The notes under the pieces are model-generated. The model had not been told where the DNA came from. It was given only the letters and a program-made list of their open reading frames with translations, and ran no database searches. A stretch of DNA of 61,321 nucleotides, filler included, from Chiloscyllium plagiosum (lineage: Eukaryota): the NCBI RefSeq assembly GCF_004010195.1. It is 3 parts of one record of this genome, joined end to end, with 100 filler letters (N's around TTAATTAATTAA, not from the genome) between each part and the next. Parts side by side here need not be neighbours in the genome. Positions count along the whole stretch, not along the records: positions 25,395 to 50,390 come from NC_057715.1; positions 50,491 to 61,321 come from NC_057715.1; 1 more part is not named here. The stretch is one strand, 5' to 3'. This document shows positions 38,880-50,714 of the stretch, one piece after another; positions within the stretch are counted from its first letter, which is position 1; every line of letters begins with the position of its first letter. A program made the position numbers and the translations under genes.

Positions 38880-40274
38880 AGTGAAGTAAGGTTAAGACAT
38901 GGCAGGACAGCTTGGTCAGATAGGCAGCATGCCTGCAGTATGTCAGAAGTCATAGATGCTACCACTAACTGCATGCTGCAAGTGTCACCAACTGCAGAAA
39001 CTGGAGATCCAGGTTTCTGTTCAGACAAGCAATGGCAGAAAGCACTGTGGCACATCCACAAGACTGAAAATTATGTGAATAGCATGCTCATAGTGGTGGT
39101 CATATGGCAGCCCAGGAGCAAGCAGGCATAAAGGGTATGGGTGATCGCCAGGCAGTCTAAGAAACTAGGAAGGTGGTGCAGGAGACACACCAGGTCTCAC
39201 TCATTAATTGCTTTTCTATTTTAGATGTTGATTAGGGCATAGGATGTTTCGAGGAGAGCAGTCAAAAAGAAGCTTTTAGCTCTAAGGATGGTTCAGCTGT
39301 CCATGAAGGGAAGAAGATGGGAAGAGCAGTAATGATAGGGGTTTCATTAGTTTCATTAGTCAGAAGCTGTAATTCCCAATTCACCCAATGATATGGGTAG
39401 GCAAGGGAATGAGGACCTCAAAGCAGATTGCAGTGAGCTCGAAAGGCGACTGAAAAGCAGAATCTCTAAAGCAATAATCTTAGGATTACCTATTTCTTCT
39501 CAAACATAGTGTGTTCGGAAACACCATATGAGAATTGTGATTGAACACTTGGCTGTAAAACAAAATTGGAGAGACAACCCCAGACATTAGAGACATTAAG
39601 AGCTGTCTGGGGTTGGTGGGACCTCTACAGATGATCAGATCTAACAGGACTGGGACTTGCACCTTCACAGAAAGACCTGCTGCTATTTCAACAAGGGTTG
39701 AAATTAGATTGGCAGGGGAGCTATGTTTCAAGGGAATTAAAAGTAGCATGAGGAAAAGTAGAAATTAAAATCAGAAGACAGGTGAAACGTAGATAAGCAT
39801 CAACAGGATTGGAAGAAGGAAAAACATTAAAGAAAAAGCAAAATTAAAGGCACTCTATATGATGCATATAGCATTAAAACAGGTTGAGAACTTGAATGCA
39901 CAAATAATACTAATTTACCTCATTTAATTGACATGATGGAAATGTAGCTGCAGGGCAGCCAAGACTTGGACCTGAATACAAAAGGGTATTGGACATTTCA
40001 GAAACGTAAGCAAAGAGGGAAAATGATGGGTTGTAGGAATTTTAATAAAGAACGAGATCAGTACATCAGATCATTAGATCAAAGGATCAAATGTGGAATC
40101 CAAGTATGGAGCTAAGAAGCTGCAAGGGACAGCAAAATTGAAGGAGCTGTTGGATAAAGCTGGCCACAGTATACATCACGAAATTAGAGATACATATAAA
40201 GTGGCTAATGCAGCAATAACTTCAATTAACATAGACTGGCTGACATAAATCAGCAAAAATAATGCAATGGACAC
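38880..40274 (+). mobile_element. Decayed CR1 ORF1 and endonuclease region
   Basis: atggcaggacagctt ORF1-like start; agcagtaatgataggggtttcattagtt (esterase GDS-like); endonuclease-like segments. Confidence 0.6.
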
Positions 40275-41490
40275 TGTAGCATTGAACAGAAATCCCCGTC
40301 ATATAAAATACTGGACAAGACCCTGGACTTTACTAACATCTAAAATAGTGGGCTCAGGTTGCAAACACACAATACAGCCAGAATGATTTCTGCCTGGGAC
40401 TGTTGTTCAGCCTGGAATTCCAACTTAAACCTTCACTCTAAACTAAACCTAGCACCGTAGACCAAAACTAACTTCTACACCTCGGGCAACCAGGCACAGA
40501 AAATATAGGACCAACATACATACTGAACATTCAACTTCAATCAAAATCCATTCACTCATATTCTTAACTACCAGGAAGCCAATTGACTTCAAAGGGAACA
40601 CCAGAAACACAATGGCAAGTACAGATTTGGAACCAAGTTAAAGGGCTCACAATTAGTACAATTGCAGGCCCCAATCTTACCTGAAGCAGCAATTCCCAGG
40701 TGAGATCGCAGCAGCTATCCTCAGGCGGGTTCAAGGGAGCTCTTCCCCAGGTGTTCCAAACAACTATCCCCAGAAACATTCTGAGGAACCAACAGCTAAT
40801 TCTAGTTGCTTTTTATAAGAGCCATCTCGAGAAGGTGGATCCTGACAGCAATTCTGAGAGCTACCAAAAAGAGTCTGTTCCGAACCAGGGGAACCAGCCG
40901 CAACCAACCACAACCATGAGATCCAAGAACTGACAAACTCCAAAAACCAACCGACATCACATGGCCTCAGACATGTCCTTAGGTGAAAACTGGGCCAGCA
41001 AAACCACCAGAAACTAAGGAAAACCAAGTACTTATCCAACAGATCAACTAAGTGTCCTACCGCATCAGCCCAGACTGAAGGCCTACGCAGTTCAAACTCT
41101 TCATCCAAGCACTGGGTACAGCAAGCGGGAAAAACCAGCTGTACTTCAAAATCGCGTTTTCCTCAGTGGTGAGCTTAAACTACCGAAACCCAAACCTTCC
41201 AACTGAGCTAGCAAGGAAGGGAAGGCGGGTGATGACAGGAAGCCTGATTTAAGTTTCTGTGGTTAAAACTGTTGCTTTAGGTTCTAATAGTGTTTAATTT
41301 AATAGGGTATTTAATTACTATCCTTTATATAATTATATTAATAATTTCACTGTTTACTGTTTTTACCTGTATTTCTTGTATTATACCCTTTGTATTTAAA
41401 TAAATAGAGATTCTTTTGCTCTGAAACATCTGTCTCCTGCTTTCTTCACTTCACATTCCCTAAACAAGTCTAGTGTCTAGAACTAGAGAT
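40275..41490 (+). mobile_element. Probable LTR, 3' end not resolved
   Basis: Starts with TGTAGC, interrupting CR1 sequence; C/A-rich U3-like region, then AT-rich region with AATAAA near 41399. No terminal CA or TSD found. Confidence 0.45.
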
Positions 41491-41739
41491 CTAGAGCCAG
41501 ACAGGATATACCCAAGGTTACTACAGGTAGCAAGGGGAAGAGATTGCTGAGTCTTTGGCGATGATCTTTGTGTCCTCGCTGTCCACTGGAGTAGTGCCAG
41601 ATGTTTGGAGGGTTACAAATGTTATTCCCTTGTTCAAGAAAAGGTATAGGAATAATCCTGGGAATTACAGGCCAGTCAGTCTTATGTCAGTGGTGGGCAA
41701 CGTATTGAAGAGAATTCTGAGAGACAGGATTTATGATTA

Positions 41740-42669
41740 CTCAATATCCTCATGTAAAAGTCGATCTCATGTAAAAGTCCACCTTTTAATTTTATCCAAA
41801 ATTCCATCTCTTCTAAAAGGTAATCCTACTATACTGCATTATAAACCTCTCACAAAGGAAACTGCATGTTTCCATTAACCCATTAAATGAAATCGCATTC
41901 ACTTATTCCAGTAACTCTACTCATCATTGTCTGTTTACTATATTGCATCTCTACTGATTCATTCATTCATTCATTCATTCATTCATAACTCTACTTAGCC
42001 CACTTGGTTTACACAGCATGTTTTGATTAATTGATTGATTCATTCATATTGGTACTAAGTCGTTTGGTGCTTACGCACTTTGTTCACAATAGATCCAAAA
42101 GTTAATACTATTAAAAAGTTCATCATTTTAATTGTGCCATTATATCTGAATAAAAAGGGGATATATTAGCTACATATATCTTTAATTCCTTGACAAATTT
42201 GTTAATGTTGTTGAGGTTCATTACATAAGAGAGTAAATGGGAAGGAAACTGAAGAATTTGATGGGAAAGTTTAAGACGCTTACACATAGAGAATTTAATA
42301 AATGTTTCACTTTATGTGTGCCATTATACCAGGCCATGACAATGTTGAACGGTGTGATTTTTCAGGATTTCAATGACTCTTTGACATGTTAAATTTTCAT
42401 ACTGGTACATGTAAATATAATTTACTACCAGTAATTCATTCGTGTTTCTCTTACTTTTATTCGTTAATTCCTTCTACTGTAATTCATTGTGCTTTTCTTC
42501 TTTACCCAGGACTAGTTGAGCGATCAAATCAACTTCTGCTAATATGGTATTTCGAACTGCAGCATGAATTTCAGCCACTCAAAACTAGTGCCTGTGTAAT
42601 AGTCAACCCTATAAATTGAACCTTTAAAAATAGTGTAAAAAAATTTGACTTTTACATGAACATATACGG
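41740..42669. mobile_element. Non-autonomous Tc2/pogo-type (Tc1-mariner superfamily) DNA transposon
   Basis: TA duplicated at 41738-41739 and 42670-42671. Right TIR reads CCGTATATGTTCATGTAAAAGTC on the minus strand; left TIR is the decayed CTCAATATCCTCATGTAAAAGTC, with CATGTAAAAGTC repeated subterminally. AT-rich non-coding interior; the host CR1 rejoins as atttatgatTActtggaaaaccat. Confidence 0.82.
41957..41986. repeat. (ATTC)n microsatellite
   Basis: About seven tandem units inside the DNA transposon. Confidence 0.9.
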
Positions 42670-42780
42670 TACTTGGAAAACCATCGTTTGAATAGAATGA
42701 GTCAGCATATGGCTTTGAGAGGGGCAGGTCATGCCTCACAAACCTGAATGAATTCTTTGAGGATCTGACATAACATGTTT

Positions 42781-43068
42781 TTAGATTAGATTACTTACAG
42801 TGTGGAAACAGGCCGAAGCGCAACCCATCCAAACCCATTCCCCCACATTTACCCCTTCACCTAACACTACGGGCAATTTAGCATGGCCAATTCACCTAAG
42901 CTGCAAATTTTTGGACTGTGGGAGGAAACCGGAACACCCGGAGGAAACCCACATAGACACGGGGAGAATGTGCAAACACCACACAGACAGTTGCCTGAGG
43001 CAGGAATTGAACCCAGGTCACTGGCGCTGTGAGGCAGCAGTGCTAACCACTGTGCCACCGTGCCGCCC
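42781..43068 (-). mobile_element. HE1-type SINE with (AATCT)n tail and a small 3' deletion
   Basis: Reverse complement closely matches 45497-45819; inserted in CR1 RT sequence. Confidence 0.93.
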
Positions 43069-43879
43069 ACACTGATGAAGGTAGAACAGTGGGTGTGATG
43101 TACATGGATTTTAGCAAGGCATTTGATAAGGTTCCCCATGGTAGGTCCATTCAGAAAGTAGGGAGGCATGGGATACAGGGAGACCTGTCTGTCTGGATAC
43201 AGAATTGGCTGGCCCACAGAAGACAGGTGTTTGATGGAAAGCATTCATAGAACATAGAAAAATAGAAAAATACAGCGCAGTACAGGCCCTTTGGCCCTCG
43301 ATGTTGCGCCGATCCAAGCCCACCTAACCTACACTAGCCCACTATCCTCCATATGCCTATCCAATGCCCGTTTAAATACCCATAAAGAGGGAGAGTCCAC
43401 CACTGCTACGGCAGGGCATTCCATGAACTCACGACTCGCTGAGTAAAGAATCTACCCCTAACATCTGTCCAGCCTGAATGACCAATGGTGTTCTGCAGGA
43501 TTGGTTCTGAGACCTCTGCTCTTTGTGATTTTTATACATTACTTGGATGAGGAAGTGGAAATGTGGGTTAGTAAATTTGCTGATGGCACAAAGGTTGGTC
43601 AAGTTGTGGATAGAGTGGAGGGCTGTGGTAGGTTGCAATGGGACATTGACAGGATGCAGAACTGGTCTGATAAGTGGCAGATGGAGTTCAACCTGGGAAA
43701 GTGTGAAATCATTCGAATTTAACAAGGTTAAAGGCGTGGAGGAACAGAGGGATCTTGAGGTTCATGTCCATATATCCTGCCACCCAAGTTGATTGGGTTG
43801 TTAAGAAGGTGTATGGTGTGTTGACTTTCATTAGCAGAGCGATTAAGTTTAACTGCTGCAAGGTTATGCTGCAGCTCTA

Positions 43880-44087
43880 GAGTCGAGAGTGTGGTGCTGG
43901 AAAAGCACAGCAGGACAGGCAGCATCCGAGGAGCAGGAGAATCAATGTTTCAGGCATAAGTCCTTCATCAGAAAAAACCGAAACGTCGATTCTCCTGCTC
44001 CTCTGATGCTGCCTGACCTGCTGTGCTTTTCCAGCACCACACTCGCGACTCTGATCTCCAGCATCTGCAGTCCTCACTTTCTCCTCC
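43880..44087. mobile_element. Fold-back PLE-terminus element (family A)
   Basis: Near-perfect inverted arms; decayed minus-strand hammerhead at 43944-43971; duplication ctgcagctcta 43869-43879 / ctgcaactcga 44088-44098. Confidence 0.82.
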
Positions 44088-44489
44088 CTGCAACTCGAGA
44101 GCACCCTGGTTAGACCACACTTGCAATATTGGAAATGTCTGTCATGAGCGGGCATAATTTTAATGTAATTGGTGGAAGGTTTAGGGGCAATGTCAGAGGT
44201 AGGTTCTTCACTCAATGGGTGTGTGGAATGCATAGCCAACAGTATTAGTAGAGTCAGATACATTAGGGACATTTAAGCAACTCTTGGACAGGCACATGGA
44301 AGTTCGTACAATGAAGGGTATGCAGGTTATTTGATCTTAGAGTAAGATAAAAGGCCGGCACAACATCAAGGGAAAAGGGACTGTATTGGGCTGTACTGTT
44401 CTATGTTTTCTATGTTCTATCTGGGGGTTATTCAACCTACCTAAAATCAACAAATTACTGATTGTTAACAGAATCCTGTACGACATTCC

Positions 44490-46205
44490 TCAAATGCATA
44501 TGTGTGATGGTTTCTGGTGCAATATGATGAGGAACCAACTAGGGATCAGGTTATTTTTCTTTTGATGTTAATTAATGAGAAACAGCTAACTAACAACATT
44601 AGTGTAAAGTAGTCTTTGAGAAGTAGTGATCATAACATGATAGTATTTCACATTAAGATTGAAGACAATATGATTCATTCCTGAAGCAGGACCTTATATG
44701 TAAAGGAGATGATTATGCTATGAAAGTTAGGTTGGCTGTGATGAATTGAGAAAATTTACAAAAGATTGGATGGTAGACAGGCTATGGCCAACTATTTAAA
44801 TAAATTGTATGTAGTCTACAATAGATATACATTCCTCAAATACACACAGCACAGTGAACTAAAATTAAAGTCTGCATTAGATCAAAGGAAGTGGATAACA
44901 AGAATGCCAGAAAAACTGGCAAATCTGACAAACGGCAGTAGTTTAGAACACAACAAAGCAGGACCAAGAAATTGATAAAGGAAGGGGAAACTGAATATTA
45001 ATACAAATAAGGAACATCAAAGTGGAGTGTAAAAGATATGCAAAAAGAAAAAGATTAACTGGGACAAATGCAGACCCATCACAAATGGCATTAGGAGAAT
45101 GTAAAGGGGAAAACAGAGAAATGTCAGAGAAACTAAACAGTTAATTCATGTCTGTCTTCACAGAAGCAGCTGCAGAAAATCTCTCAAAAATACTCGGCAA
45201 TTAAGAGACTCGCGTAAATCAGGAACTGAAATAAATCAGTATTTGAAAAGCTAACCGGATTCCAGATTGATTAGTGCCCTGGAGCAAATAAGGTTAACTC
45301 CAGAATGTTGAACGTGCCGAGAGAATCAGTGAGCTTACTTCTAGTTATTGTTTAAAAATTCTATAGGTTCTGGAAAGGTTCCTGTGGATTGTGAAGTAGA
45401 AAATATAGACTACTATTTAAGAAAACTGGAAGAGAGAGAATGAAGAACTGTTAGTTCTAACAGACTTGTTAGTTGACCTCAGTAGTTGACCTTTGTGGGC
45501 GGCACGGTGGCACAGTGGTTAGCACTGCTGCCTCACAGCGCCAGAGACCCGGGTTCAATTCCCGACTCAGGCAACTAACTGTGTGGAGTTTGCACATTCT
45601 CCCCGTGTCTGCGTGGGTTTCCTCCGGGTGCTCCGGTTTCCTCCCACAGTCCAAAGATGTGCAGGTCAGGTGAATTGGCCATGCTAAATTGCCCGTAGTG
45701 TTAGGTCAAGGGGTAAAATGTAGGGGAAAGGGTAGGTTGCGCTTCGGCGGGTCGGTGTGGACTTGTTGGGCCGAAGGGCCTGTTTCCACACTGTAAGTAA
45801 TCTAATCTAATCTAATCTAGTCAGGAAAATATTAGACTTTAATTCAAAGGATAGGATAATTGGATATGTGCAAAAGGATGAGTCAACATGGTAAGAGTCA
45901 ACATGGATTTATGAAAGGGAAATAACAATGAATAAATTTGCAGAGTTTTCTGAGGACATTATTGTAACAATGATAAAGCAGACTCTGTGGGTCTGGTGTA
46001 TTTGAATTTCCATAATGCACCACACAGAAGCTTAGTAAATAAAATAGGTGGCATGAGATTTAAGGAAATATACCACAAAGAATTGACATTTGGTTATTAG
46101 GCAGAAAGTGAGAATAGGAATGAACAAGTTGGGTACTACAAGGATAAGTGCTCAGTCCATGTCTGTTATCACAACTATAAATACTCTGGCTGTTGTCAAC
46201 AACTA
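44490..46205 (+). mobile_element. Old CR1 ORF2 remnant hosting an HE1 SINE
   Basis: agtagtgatcataacatg (SDHN), tctgtcttcacagaag (SVFT), agtcaacatggattt (SQHGF). Confidence 0.7.
45497..45819 (+). mobile_element. HE1-type SINE, full length
   Basis: GGGCGGCACGGTGGCACAGTGGTTAGCACTGCTGCCTCACAGCGCCAGAGACCCGGGTTCAATTCCC head; V domain TGTGTGGAGTTTGCACATTCTCCCCGTGTCTGCGTGGGTTTCCTCCGGG; LINE-like 3' end and (AATCT)n tail. Confidence 0.95.
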
Positions 46206-46209
46206 AAAT

Positions 46210-47910
46210 TTAAGACCATAAGATGAAAGGGCAGACGTAAGCTGTTCAGCCTATTGAGTCAGTTCCACTATTCAATAAGATCCTGGTTGATCTGATAATC
46301 AACTCCACATTCATGCCATAATGAATTCTACAAGTTCATTACTGTCCGAAAGGAGAAAATCTTCCTCTTCTTTGTCTGAAATGACTGACCATTTTGAGAA
46401 TATGCTACTCCTTTAACAAGGTTATATTGTCCTTGTTAAGAGGGGTTTTAAAGGCATAGGTTCCGATATATTTGGAAATGTCTACCTTGAAAATGCTTAA
46501 GTGCTTTTTGAAACACTTGTACAATGAAAAAGGGTGGCCAGTTCTCCCAGTTTAGGATTTTGTTTGGTTTGGTTTTAGCAAGCAATCTGTTTTGAGGCTG
46601 CTGGTCAAAGTAACAGCTCCATGCTGATCCTCTCTCTCTCTAACATTTCTCTCCTGTAAGAACCTTTGTTTGATTGTACCTTTTTGCCATAGGGGTGTTA
46701 TGGAATGTTGCAGGAAATCAGGACAGCTTTTGTTAAGTTGAGTTTGTGTTGGTTGGGTTTTCAAATAGTTATGTTATTCTAAATTTAGTTTTCTTTTATT
46801 AGTTTATAAATAAATTCTGTTTTGTTTAAAACTGTGTGATTAGGCCAGCTGTATCACTACTGGAATATCCACTTTAACCACCTGCTTAAAACAACTAGAA
46901 AAGTTAGGGTCTGAGCTACATTCTTGAAATATGTTGAGGGGGGAGTGGATTGATTCATAACACCTTGCTCTGAGATGATGCCTTCTGGTTCTAAAATCTC
47001 CCTCAAGGGAAAACAACCACTCTGCATCTAATCTGTCAAGTCCCTTAAGAATCATGTATGTTTCAATAAGGTCAATTCTCATCTTTTTAAATGCCAATGA
47101 TTACAGGCTCCTCCTACTCATAATACTGCAACCTGTCCCATAAAATATCCCTCCAAAGCTGAATTCAACCCACTTCTCTCCAGTGCCTCCAATGTCAGTT
47201 CATAATTACTTTGATAAGTGGATTAAAACTGTTCACAGTATTCCATTTCAGTCTCCTACTTTTGTACTCATTCACTTCAAAATAAAGGCAAACGGTCCAT
47301 TTGCAATCTCTATTTCCCAATGAACTTGGATGCTAGCATTTTGTAATTCATGAATTCAGGCGAGTGAGGGAAGGTTGTCATAGAGACTTACAAAATTCAA
47401 ACAGGAATAGATAGGGTTGATGTTCCCGATGGTGGGTGTGTCCAGAACCAGGGGTCACAGTTTGAGGATTTGGGGTGGACCATTTAGGACAGACATGATG
47501 AGACATTTTGTCACTCTGAGTAGTGGACCTGTGGGATTCATTGCTACAGGAAGTAGTTGCAACCAAAACATTTAATGTATTCAAAGGGCAGCTAGATATA
47601 GCACTTGGGGCAAATGGGACCAAAGATTATGGGCAGAAAGCAGGATTAGGCTATTGAGTTGGATGATCAGCCATGATCGTGATGAATGGCAGAGCAGGCT
47701 TGAAGGGCAGAATGGCCACCTTTTGCTCCTATCGTCCATGCTTCTATGTTTTCATGTACAAGGACCCCCAAATCCCTGCATGCTGCAGCTTTCTGCAGTC
47801 TCATTCCATTTAACTAATATTCAGTTCTTCAAGTCTTCCAGCCAAAGGGCATAATCTCATGTATTTCCACATGATGTTGCACCTGCCAAGTTTTTGCACA
47901 CTTACTAAAG
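46210..47910 (-). mobile_element. CR1 3' fragment with a nested probable LTR and a plus-strand CR1 3' piece (about 47375-47755)
   Basis: ORF 46840..47097 (DLIETYMILKGLDRLD); plus-strand piece ends ttctatgttttcatg. Confidence 0.75.
46392..46962 (+). mobile_element. Probable solo LTR inserted in a CR1 3' fragment
   Basis: Ends in TAACA with AATAAA near 46809; host CR1 resumes (gactgacc / ccttgctctgagatgatgcc). The 5' TG and TSD are degraded. Confidence 0.5.
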
Positions 47911-49205
47911 ATGTACCTACACCCCGAGGTCTGCAGCAATTCAAAAAGGCACCTCATATACGGACAATTAGGTTTGGAGATTAAACTTTGGCTTGGTCAG
48001 TGATGTCCACAGATCACAAATGTGCAAAAAATCTCTGCATTGTCCCTATTACACACACTCCCTTATAGTCTGTTATCACTTTTCCCCTTTTTACTCATTT
48101 GCTTAAAACTATTACACTTTTAACATTTCCCAGATACGATGAATAGTCTAGCGTTTCCCGATTTTCTATTCGACAAAGATTAGGCTACCTTAAGAAAGCA
48201 GGGAGTGTAAAACTGTCAGATTTTAAATCAGAAAAAATACAACTATTACCACTTCAAAGCTGATGTTGAACTGTTCAAGATGGAAAACAGCCATTTTGTC
48301 TGGCCAACTGGCATGTGGGATCCCATTAGTACCAAAGGCTCCTACCCTGAATGGCATCTATATTTATATGCTTATTGTCAGACAGCCAAGATTAGAAAAT
48401 TTAAAATTAATACTGTAATAGAAAACCTTATCCCTTACTATAGGCTTCTTTAAAGTACTTCTGGTTCTATTGTGTTGGTCTCAACAAAGCAATAAGAAAT
48501 ATAAGACCTCTTATTCATTTTCTTATGATCCCAACGATTTGACTGTTAGCATTACCCTCGCTAGGCAATAAAGATGTTTGAAACATCTAAGATAATATTG
48601 TCTGCTGGTCATATGATCTGTTTTTTTTTAAAAAGAAGTGATTTACCATTCAAACCTGCTTCATCTCCACTTAAATAATGAATATAAATCACCCAGACTA
48701 TCCACTGAGACATGTCCTAGTATGAATTACTTGATTCAATTTGAGATTTACAAAAGCACGTCTGTCTCTCAAATTATTTCTGTTTCTCATTTTGTTAAGC
48801 AAAAGTCTGGGTCATTTTTCACTTAGCATCCCATATTCCACAATGGCACATCAACAACTTACTATTTAGTATGTTGAATTAATGTCTTCAAAAGAAATTT
48901 ATGCTTGAAAAAACAAGAAAAAAAATGAAAAGCTCTTCATTTAATTCAGACGTCAGACCAAAAGGTTTGGTAACACTTCACTATCACAATTTTAGTTTGT
49001 TATGATGTCATATGTATGTTGTGAACTAATTCTTCCCCTCTGCCCTTGTTGTTTGAAACATTTGCATTTAAACTTTGCACTGACCATCCCACATGCACTT
49101 TCGAGAAAATTACATCTGTTGATAATCACTGAAGTCACAACAGTATCAATCCTGCTGCAAAATTATATTTAATTGAGAAGAAAGCATGACTTCCTATCAA
49201 AAGTG

Positions 49206-49325
49206 GGAGAAAGTGAGGCCTGCAGATGCTGGAGATCAGAGTTGAGTGTGTGGTGCTGGAAAAGCACAGCTGGTCAGGCAGCATCCAAGGATCAGAAGAT
49301 GAAGGGCTTATGCCTGCTCCTTTTT
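49206..49325. mobile_element. PLE-terminus element (family A) with a very short inverted arm
   Basis: Perfect 12-bp TSD ctatcaaaagtg at 49194-49205 and 49326-49337. Confidence 0.82.
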
Positions 49326-49469
49326 CTATCAAAAGTGACCTGCTTAGCTTGGTTGTAAACAAAAATCACACCAAACTGTTCTACGATTATCTAACTGAAG
49401 CTGAAGTAAAATCTTAATCTAAAATCTTAAATTCCATCGATGGCATTTACACTTTTGAATCAAGTGTTA

Positions 49470-49728
49470 TAGGACTGAAGTCTTCATATGAAGAGACTTG
49501 AACACAGACATTCAAATTCAGTGCTAAGAGAGTGTGTTGCATGGCTGGAGGTGCCATCTTTCAGATCTGATGTTAAATAGAGGCCCTTCTGCCTGTCAAA
49601 TAGATGAAAAACATGATTTTTAAGACAAGCTGACGAGTAATACCCAGTAGCCTGGCTAATGTCCATCCCTCAATCAGCAACACAAAGCAGATTAATCTTG
49701 TCATTATTGCATTGCTGTTTGTAGAAGC
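49470..49728 (+). mobile_element. Deu-domain SINE (SacSINE1/AmnSINE1-like), decayed
   Basis: ggaggtgccatctttcagatctgatgttaaatagaggccc...cctggctaatgtccatccctcaa resembles the recalled Deu conserved domain. Confidence 0.65.
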
Positions 49729-49734
49729 TCATGA

Positions 49735-50390
49735 GGCATGATTGTTCACACACAAGCTATTAACGATCCTTAATCAGTTTCCCTTTCCACATACATGAAA
49801 ATTCCATCCTTCAGGAGTTCCTCCAACAACTTCCCCACCACCAATGTCAGGCTCACCTGTCCATAGTTCCCTGGCTTTTCCTTACCACATTTCTTAAATA
49901 GTGGCACCGCGTTAGTCAACCTCCAGTCTTCCAGCACCTCACCTGTAACTATCAATGAGCCAAATATCTCAGCAAGGAGCCCAGCAATCACTTCTCTAGC
50001 TTTCCACAGAGTTCTAAGTACACCAGATCAGTTCCTGGGGATTTATTCACCTTTTTGCGATTTAGACAATAGACAATAGACAATAGGTGCAGGAGTAGGC
50101 CATTCAGCCCTTCGAGCCTGCACCGCCATTCAATATAATCATGGCTGATCATTCCTAATCAGTATCCTGTTCCTGCCTTATCTCCATAACCCTTGATTCC
50201 ACTATCTTTGAGAGCTCTATCCAACTCCTTCTTAAGTGAATCCAGAGAGTGGGCCTCCACTGCCCCCTGTGGCAGAGCATTCCACACAACCACCACTCTC
50301 TGGGTGAAGAAGTTTCTCCTGAGCTCTGTCCTAAAAGGTCTACCCCGTATTTTTAAGCTGTGTCCTCTAGTTCGGCACTCACCCATCAGC
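49735..50390 (-). mobile_element. Two adjacent CR1 fragments: RT-proximal 49735-50062 and a young 3' end 50063-50390
   Basis: EDWRLTNAVPLFKK..PGNY; TRGHSLKIRGRPFRTELRRNFFTQRVV; (TATTGTC)n tail. Confidence 0.88.
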
Positions 50391-50490
50391 NNNNNNNNNN
50401 NNNNNNNNNNNNNNNNNNNNNNNNNNNNNNNNNNTTAATTAATTAANNNNNNNNNNNNNNNNNNNNNNNNNNNNNNNNNNNNNNNNNNNN
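50391..50490. other. Assembly gap with artificial linker
   Basis: Identical 44 N + TTAATTAATTAA + 44 N structure. Confidence 0.97.
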
Positions 50491-50714
50491 CCAGAGGCCA
50501 GATACTCAAGAAGAGGTGGAAAGGGCTGGCAATGAAATGGTACAAACAAAAGAGCAGATTCTTGAGACACAATGCCAGCACAGCAGTCAAAATATATATC
50601 TGTGTGCTTAGAAAACCAATTTAATGATAATAAACCTTTCCCAAGTATAAACAAAATAATATATTGCTGAAGCAAGACTAAATAATAGATAATAAAACAA
50701 GCTCAATTTCCTAC

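Larger units (their letters stand above)
41495..44420 (+). mobile_element. CR1 ORF2 and 3' UTR carrying four nested insertions
   Basis: VPDVWRVTNVIPLFKK..PGNYRPVSL; DFSKAFDKVPH; WVSKFADGTK; tail ttctatgttctat. Confidence 0.9.

Noticed and set aside
45497..45570. tRNA gene candidate
   Set aside because: The A and B boxes belong to the HE1 SINE head and run on into the SINE body.
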